A stretch of 10,244 nucleotides of DNA, taken from an uncultured delta proteobacterium. Lineage in GTDB: Bacteria > Desulfobacterota > RBG-13-43-22. The DNA lies in NCBI GenBank assembly GCA_963790475.1, contig CAWBOS010000018.1:1-10244 (forward strand), read 5' to 3'. Below the pieces are notes generated by a model. That model did no database searches and was not told the DNA's origin. It worked only from the letters and a program-made list of their open reading frames with translations. The translations under genes and the position numbers were made by a program. Of this stretch, positions 4,840-10,244 are shown in pieces (the first letter of the stretch is position 1; each line of letters begins with the position of its first letter).

Positions 4840-6651
4840 GTGTATTCATTTCAACTAACCAAAAATTTTATAGGAATCGATATCGGGACTCATTCCCTGA
4901 AAATCGCCGAATGCCAACGTGCCGGAAGCAAGGTCACCCTGGTTAATTATGAAATTATTCGCCTGCCGGAAGGGTTGGGATCCGATCAGGTCTTATCCTC
5001 TCAGGAAATCTCCTCATTTATCCGAGAGACACTGAAAAGATTGGGCATCAAGACGTCGGACACCGTCTCGGAAGTCACCGGTCCCTGGACGGTAGCCCGG
5101 CACCTTTTTATGACCGATCTGGCCGATGAAGAAATGAGAGAAGCGATCCGCTGGGGTTCCAAGGCCGATTTCCCTTTTGCCTTGGATGAGGCCATAATTG
5201 ATTTTTATAAATTGGAGGTCTCAAAACAAGCAGAAGGGGAGTCCGAAGCCGAAATTGTCTCCGCCGTTGCCACCCGGGAAGTAGTCGAGCAACAAGTGGC
5301 CCTCTTAAAAGAAGCAGGGTTGAAGTCTCTTTTCCTTTCCATCCCTTCATTCAGTTTAATGCAGGCCTACCGCGTCACCCAGCCTTCTCCCTGGTCTGAG
5401 ACCGCAGCCGTCATTGATTTGGGAAACAAAAGCACCCAGATCATTGTCCTGAAAGAGGGGAAACTGAAATTCTCCCGGGAAATTGCCGTGGCCGGGGATC
5501 TTTTTACTAATTCGCTGACCGGAGTGTATGAGATCAACGGTCAGAGGGAGGAGATAGACGAAGCTGTTGCCGAAAGGATCAAGCTCAAGACCGGTCTGTC
5601 AGAAGAGGAAGGGGCTGATCCGATCATTGAGGGGGTTCCCTGGGATCAGGTGCAAAAACGGCTCAGTTCGGTTATGGACCGGCTTCAGCTCGAAGTTGAA
5701 AGATCATTAAACTATTATAAAAATCAGTTTAAAGACTACGAGATACAGAGGGTCTTTTTAACCGGGGGAGGTAGTCTTTTAAAAGGTCTTCCAGAGGCCC
5801 TGGAAAAAAATTTGGAAATCCCGGTCCATTTTTTCGAAACAGCCGGTTCGTTGACCCTTAAGAAAAAAATCAACGAAGACCTTTTCTTAAGGAATCTGCC
5901 CTTCCTGACTACTTTGTTGGGTATGGTTACCCAGACTCAACCTTTCATCAATCTGAGTTCCCAATATTCAGTCCCGCAAGTTAAAAAAATTTCCTATGGA
6001 AATTATTTAAAACCCATCCTGGCCAGTGCCTTGCCCCTGGGAGTGATTTTTTTCTTCGGCTCCCAATACTGGACCGCCAGCCGGCAGGTGACCCAGCTCC
6101 AGAAGGAGATAAACGGAAAAAAAGAACAACTGGCCCGAGTGGGCAAACCAGTCGAGGAAATGGCCCGTCTGGAACAGGAAGAAGCCGGGTTGAATAGAGA
6201 TCTGGAGGGATTTCCCAAGGTCGAAATCAGAAAACTCCCGTTAAACAATTTATTCCGGGAACTGGGCCGGATGGTGCCTTCCCAGATGACCTTAACCCAC
6301 TTTGAATTTTCCAGGGCCCAGGAGGCCCGGAAACCACCGGAGGTTGCGGCCGATGCTCCCAAGGCGGGAGGGGCTGATGGAAAGTCTATGGAGGTCAAGG
6401 CCGTAACCAATACCGAAACGGGGAAGCGGGAGTTCCAATTGACGATTCAAGGCTTGATTTTCGGCTCAGACCAGGAAATTATTGCCACCTTGTCCGGATT
6501 TGCCAAGGCTCTGAACCGGTCTTCTTTTTTTAAAGAGGCTAAGGTGCAAACCACTTTAAAAAGCACCGAGTATTCGAAGGGGGCCGCAGAATTTAAAATC
6601 CTGACTAAGCTCAGGGAAGGGGCTGGTCCGTCATTGGGAGGGTCTTCCTGA
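4840..6651 (+). CDS. pilM: Type IV pilus alignment protein, PilM-PilN fusion (GspL/MshI-like architecture)
   Basis: GTG start after AAGGA. Actin-like motifs IGIDIGTHSLK, VIDLGNKSTQI and VFLTGGGSLL; then 'PFINL' (PilN N-terminal motif, 5941-5955), a TM helix (~6016-6060), a coiled coil and a PilN-type domain (LGRMVPSQMTLT...LTIQG...LNRSSFFKEA). Confidence 0.88.
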   Translation: MYSFQLTKNFIGIDIGTHSLKIAECQRAGSKVTLVNYEIIRLPEGLGSDQVLSSQEISSFIRETLKRLGIKTSDTVSEVTGPWTVARHLFMTDLADEEMREAIRWGSKADFPFALDEAIIDFYKLEVSKQAEGESEAEIVSAVATREVVEQQVALLKEAGLKSLFLSIPSFSLMQAYRVTQPSPWSETAAVIDLGNKSTQIIVLKEGKLKFSREIAVAGDLFTNSLTGVYEINGQREEIDEAVAERIKLKTGLSEEEGADPIIEGVPWDQVQKRLSSVMDRLQLEVERSLNYYKNQFKDYEIQRVFLTGGGSLLKGLPEALEKNLEIPVHFFETAGSLTLKKKINEDLFLRNLPFLTTLLGMVTQTQPFINLSSQYSVPQVKKISYGNYLKPILASALPLGVIFFFGSQYWTASRQVTQLQKEINGKKEQLARVGKPVEEMARLEQEEAGLNRDLEGFPKVEIRKLPLNNLFRELGRMVPSQMTLTHFEFSRAQEARKPPEVAADAPKAGGADGKSMEVKAVTNTETGKREFQLTIQGLIFGSDQEIIATLSGFAKALNRSSFFKEAKVQTTLKSTEYSKGAAEFKILTKLREGAGPSLGGSS

Positions 6652-7271
6652 TGGTCTTAAAGACTCGGGAAAAAATTATGATCGGGGTGGCTGTATTGGT
6701 TGGGGTGGTCATGGGTTTTGATCAATTTCTCACTCAACCTAAGAAAAAGGAGGTATTGGCCCTTCAAAAACAAGTTCAGGAATCCAATGAAAAGCTGGCT
6801 GCGGTTACCGGGTCTTTAGTCGGACTTAATCAGATCAGAAAAAGGGTGGAAGAAAAAAGAAAAGAGAAGGAAGCCTTGTCCGGCAGGGTCCCTGATGACC
6901 GGCAACTGGAAATTGTTCTGGACCAGTTGGGAAAAGAAAGCCACACTAAACAAATCGATTTGATTCAATTGAATATAAACGATCAACCTGCCGGGGGTCC
7001 GGCAGAAGATAAAGGCGGGGCCCAATCCGGATCCTTTAAGAAGGTGGTGATGGATATAGAGATGAATGCCGCTTTTGGGAATATCGGTCCCTCTTTGGAG
7101 AATATGCTATCCCTGCCCATTTTCTCGGAGTTCGAAAAAGTCGACATCAAGCGAAAGGAAGAAATATTTCCTAAATTGCAGGTGACGGTACAGCAGAATT
7201 TGTATATTTCTTCTCCAAAGAAGGAATCCCGTGGTGAGGGAGATGGTCAAAATATCCGGACAACGCCTTAA
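6651..7271 (+). CDS. pilO: PilO/GspM/MshJ-like inner-membrane alignment protein
   Basis: TGATG overlap with the upstream gene; 'LKTREKIMI' followed by a TM helix, a coiled coil, 'RVPDDRQLEIVLDQL' and a ferredoxin-like C-terminal pattern. Confidence 0.8.
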   Translation: MVLKTREKIMIGVAVLVGVVMGFDQFLTQPKKKEVLALQKQVQESNEKLAAVTGSLVGLNQIRKRVEEKRKEKEALSGRVPDDRQLEIVLDQLGKESHTKQIDLIQLNINDQPAGGPAEDKGGAQSGSFKKVVMDIEMNAAFGNIGPSLENMLSLPIFSEFEKVDIKRKEEIFPKLQVTVQQNLYISSPKKESRGEGDGQNIRTTP

Positions 7272-7689
7272 TAAATTTAACCGTGTATTTTGGGTTATTT
7301 TCTCTGTCTTCTTTTTAAACGGTTGGATTTTCCACGCGGAAGGGGCTTCCGGGGAACGAGATCCCTTTGCCTTGCCGGCGGGGGTCCAAAAGGGCCGGAC
7401 CATGCAAAAAAAAGAAGGAGCCGGTCCGGCAAAGACCGGGCAAGAATCGACACCGGGGTTTCGAGTGACCACAATCCTGGTTAGCGGCCGGACCAAAGTA
7501 GCGGGTATCAACGGGGTTCTGAGACAAAAAGGGGAAAAGGTTGACGGTTACCGAATCATGGAGATCGAAGAAAAACAAGTTACCTTGTCTCGGGGAAAGG
7601 AAAAACTGGTGCTGAAAATAGATGCGGAGGCCGGGTATTCCTTTAAAAAATTGAATTCAAAAAATCAAACTATGGGATTTTCAAAATGA
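7243..7689 (+). CDS. PilP/MshK/GspC-like periplasmic assembly protein
   Basis: Hydrophobic N-terminus, 'ERDPF' motif and beta domain 'VTTILVSGRTKVAGING.....GEKVDGYRIMEIEEKQVTL'; positioned between pilO and the secretin. Start is ATG 7243 or GTG 7231. Confidence 0.78.
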   Translation: MVKISGQRLNKFNRVFWVIFSVFFLNGWIFHAEGASGERDPFALPAGVQKGRTMQKKEGAGPAKTGQESTPGFRVTTILVSGRTKVAGINGVLRQKGEKVDGYRIMEIEEKQVTLSRGKEKLVLKIDAEAGYSFKKLNSKNQTMGFSK

Positions 7690-9290
7690 AAATCTATTAT
7701 CAAGCGGCAATTACTTTGGTTTTCTTAGGGGTATTGGCCGGGGGTGTTTTTGGGGCCGAGCTCCAGGGGAAAGATCTGACCTTGCCTTCCCTGGAGGGGG
7801 TTAAACCTTTGGAGGAGGGGCAGATCCCTGAAGAAAAATTGTATTCCCTCTCGGTCCGGGATGCCGACTTAAAGGAGGTCCTCTTCGCCTTTTCCAAAGA
7901 TAACGGGGTCAATATTATTGTCGATCCGGATGTCTTTGGAAAGGTCACCGTGGATCTTAAAAAGGTTACCATGGCAGCGGCCCTGGATGCCTTGCTTAAA
8001 CCCCTTGATCTGGACTATCAACAGGAAGGGAACCTGATCCGGGTCACCCGGCCGAAGATGGAAACCCGCACCTTCATTTTAAATTATCTGACGACCATTC
8101 GTAAAGGTTCCGGATCGGTATCCGGTATCGGCGGATCCTCTGCGGCCAGCAGTTCTAAGACATACGGCGGATCGGTCTTAAGTCAGGTTATCACCGAGGA
8201 TCACTCCGATCTTTGGGAGGAAATCAAAGAAGGCCTTAAGAATATTATCACCAAAAAAATGGGGAAAAGGGTTTTAAAGAGGGAAGGCGAGATTCTAAGC
8301 AAAGAGACTGATAAAACGGCCGGCGGAGAAAAAACCGGCGCTTCCTATGTGGAGGAAATTGAGGCCGAAGGAGATGGGAAAGTCCTGATCAATAAAATGG
8401 CCGGTATGGTGATCGTGACCGATTATCCCAGCCGGCTTCGGGAAGTGGAAAAATTTCTGGCCAGGGTGGAAGAGACGGTTCAAAGGCAAGTTTTTATTGA
8501 AGCCAAAATAGTTGAGGTTTCCCTCAATGACAATTTTCAATTGGGGGTCGATTGGCGTCTAATCCCCAATATTATGAATATGGGTGTCGGGGGGTTTGTC
8601 CGCCAGAGCCTAACCGGGACCACGAATTTCCCGGCCACCAACGCGATCCAGGTCGGGGTGGCCAATACCGATTTCAATGCCCTGGTGGATGCCCTGTCCA
8701 CCCAGGGAAAGGTGGAGGTCCTTTCCAGCCCCAGGGTTTCCACCTTGAACAACCAGAAGGCCATTGTCAAGGCCGCGATCGAAGATGTTTATTTCGATGT
8801 CACTGTTGCCGCCGGTACCCCACCCATCACCACCGCCACACCAAAATATATCACCATCGGGGTGATTCTGGATGTCACCCCTCAGATCGATGCCGACGGG
8901 ACGATCATCATGGATATCCACCCCAGTGTCACCGAACGGGTCAGTACCGCCACCTTTAAGGATACCGGTCAGCAGGCCCCGATCATCAGTGTTCGGGAGA
9001 CCCAGACCATTGTCCGGGTTCGGGATGGACAAACGATATTGATTGCCGGGCTGATGCAGTCCAAAGAATCGGAACAATTGAACGGCCTTCCCTGTTTGAT
9101 GAACATACCGGTAGCCGGGCAAGCCTTCCGTCAAACCCGGAGAGATAAAACCAAGTCGGAGATCGTGATCTTAATCACCCCCAATTTATATACCGGTCGA
9201 AAGATCATTGATTTTACCAGGCAGGGGAACCAAACCATCCAGGACTACCGCTCCCAGCCTGCGCCCGGGCGTTATGACCTGGTGAAGTGA
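7686..9290 (+). CDS. mshL: Outer-membrane secretin, MshL type (PilQ/GspD family)
   Basis: STN-like N0 domain (VNIIVDPDVFGKVTVDLKKVT), MshL-type 'ETRTFILNYL...RKGS' with a Ser-rich loop, 'QVFIEAKIVEVSLND..QLGVDW', 'LSSPRVSTLNNQKA', 'GQTILIAGL' and 'KSEIVILITP'. Confidence 0.93.
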   Translation: MKIYYQAAITLVFLGVLAGGVFGAELQGKDLTLPSLEGVKPLEEGQIPEEKLYSLSVRDADLKEVLFAFSKDNGVNIIVDPDVFGKVTVDLKKVTMAAALDALLKPLDLDYQQEGNLIRVTRPKMETRTFILNYLTTIRKGSGSVSGIGGSSAASSSKTYGGSVLSQVITEDHSDLWEEIKEGLKNIITKKMGKRVLKREGEILSKETDKTAGGEKTGASYVEEIEAEGDGKVLINKMAGMVIVTDYPSRLREVEKFLARVEETVQRQVFIEAKIVEVSLNDNFQLGVDWRLIPNIMNMGVGGFVRQSLTGTTNFPATNAIQVGVANTDFNALVDALSTQGKVEVLSSPRVSTLNNQKAIVKAAIEDVYFDVTVAAGTPPITTATPKYITIGVILDVTPQIDADGTIIMDIHPSVTERVSTATFKDTGQQAPIISVRETQTIVRVRDGQTILIAGLMQSKESEQLNGLPCLMNIPVAGQAFRQTRRDKTKSEIVILITPNLYTGRKIIDFTRQGNQTIQDYRSQPAPGRYDLVK

Positions 9291-9294
9291 TCCT

Positions 9295-10244
9295 ATGTAC
9301 CAACGGTATTTCGGATTAAAAGAAAAACCCTTCCGGATAACCCCGGATCCCCGTTTCCTGTATCTCAGTGAAAAACACGCCGAGGCCCTGGATCATTTAA
9401 TCTATGGGATCAGCCAGGGCGAAGGATTTATGGTCATCAGCGGGGATGTAGGTACAGGAAAAACGATGATCATTCGTTCCCTGTTGGAGCGGTTGGATGA
9501 CTCCAAGATAAAAACGGCCATCATCCTCAATCCTTTGCTGGAGATTGACGAGCTGTTAAAATCCATCCTGGAGGATTTCGGCCTTTCCCCTAAAGGGAAT
9601 TCAAAAAAGGAGTTGATCGATCAGTTAAATTCCTTTCTGCTCTCCCTTAACCAGGAAGGGGGGAAGGCAGTAGTTATCGTTGACGAATCTCAAAACCTGT
9701 CCCCCGATCTACTGGAAGAACTCCGGTCCCTTTCCAACTTGGAAACAGATCAGGAAAAACTTCTTCAGATAATTCTGGTCGGGCAACTTGAATTATGGAA
9801 CAAACTGAACGACCCCAACCTTAGACAACTCAAGCAGCGGATCTCGGTCAATTTTCGTCTGGAGCCATTATCCCTGAAGGAGATGAAGGAGTATATTTCC
9901 CATCGGTTGGCTATTGCCGGTTTCCGGGGTGAGATAGCTTTTTCGAGCAGGGCCCTGAGTTTGATTTTCAGGGTCTCCCGAGGAATCCCCCGCTTGATTA
10001 ATCTGCTTTGTGACCGAATCCTGTTGGTCCTTTATCTGGAGCAGAAGATGCGGGTAACCACGGCCCATGTCCGAAAGGCCATAGAAAGTCTTGAGGGGAG
10101 GGGAAATTCATTTTCTTTTTTTAGGGCAACTTTCTTCCATCGTCTGGCCTTTGGGGGGATTGGGGGTCTGGTCATTTTTTTGCTGGTCTTGATTTTTCTA
10201 TGGTTATCGCCCAGCAAAACCGCGAGTATAGAATCAACAAGTGT
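9295..10244 (+). CDS. mshM: ExeA/GspA/MshM-family AAA ATPase, 3'-truncated by the window edge
   Basis: Manual translation (absent from the ORF track because it has no stop in the window): MYQRYFGLKEKPFRITPDPRFLYLS..., Walker A GDVGTGKT (9442-9465), Walker B VVIVDESQNL, 'LQIILVGQ', 'LRQLKQRI', 'GIPRLINLLCD', and a TM helix near 10150-10205. Confidence 0.93.
   Translation, partial: MYQRYFGLKEKPFRITPDPRFLYLSEKHAEALDHLIYGISQGEGFMVISGDVGTGKTMIIRSLLERLDDSKIKTAIILNPLLEIDELLKSILEDFGLSPKGNSKKELIDQLNSFLLSLNQEGGKAVVIVDESQNLSPDLLEELRSLSNLETDQEKLLQIILVGQLELWNKLNDPNLRQLKQRISVNFRLEPLSLKEMKEYISHRLAIAGFRGEIAFSSRALSLIFRVSRGIPRLINLLCDRILLVLYLEQKMRVTTAHVRKAIESLEGRGNSFSFFRATFFHRLAFGGIGGLVIFLLVLIFLWLSPSKTASIESTS

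Noticed and set aside
4174-4858. ORFs 4174..4482 (+), 4347..4568 (-) and 4613..4858 (+)
   Set aside because: Alternative frames or reads through the palindromic element ('LDSRLRGMT' is a typical translation of this repeat) and AT-rich promoter-like DNA; no RBS or protein features.
7406-7413. A8 run in the PilP/MshK-like gene as a phase-variation tract
   Set aside because: Short A runs in Lys codons are frequent throughout this A-rich block.
1397-10217. Remaining overlapping alternative-frame and antisense ORFs in the track
   Set aside because: All lie within well-supported pilus genes and show no recognisable motifs.

Overview
Bacterial chromosomal window; the sequence style suggests Desulfobacterota/Deltaproteobacteria, which is an inference. 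It holds the first two thirds of an MSHA-like type IV filament locus on the + strand. Four class III signal-peptide minor pilins come first (H/I/J/K-like order, the last fused to a ~420 aa putative lectin-like domain). They are followed by a small secreted protein, a 133-bp palindromic MITE-like insertion, a PilM-PilN fusion, PilO, a PilP/MshK-like protein, an MshL-type secretin and an ExeA/MshM AAA ATPase that runs off the right edge. Divergently, a sigma54-type promoter precedes a small HTH_17 (excisionase/BldC-like) DNA-binding gene, a coupled 34-codon ORF and the start of a probable signalling protein. The most notable points are an in-frame C11 tract in the J-like pilin (candidate phase variation), the pilin-lectin tip fusion, the nested MITE with a duplicated target, and an orphan 70-nt hairpin between the divergent promoters. 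No major pilin, extension ATPase, platform protein or prepilin peptidase is visible in the window.
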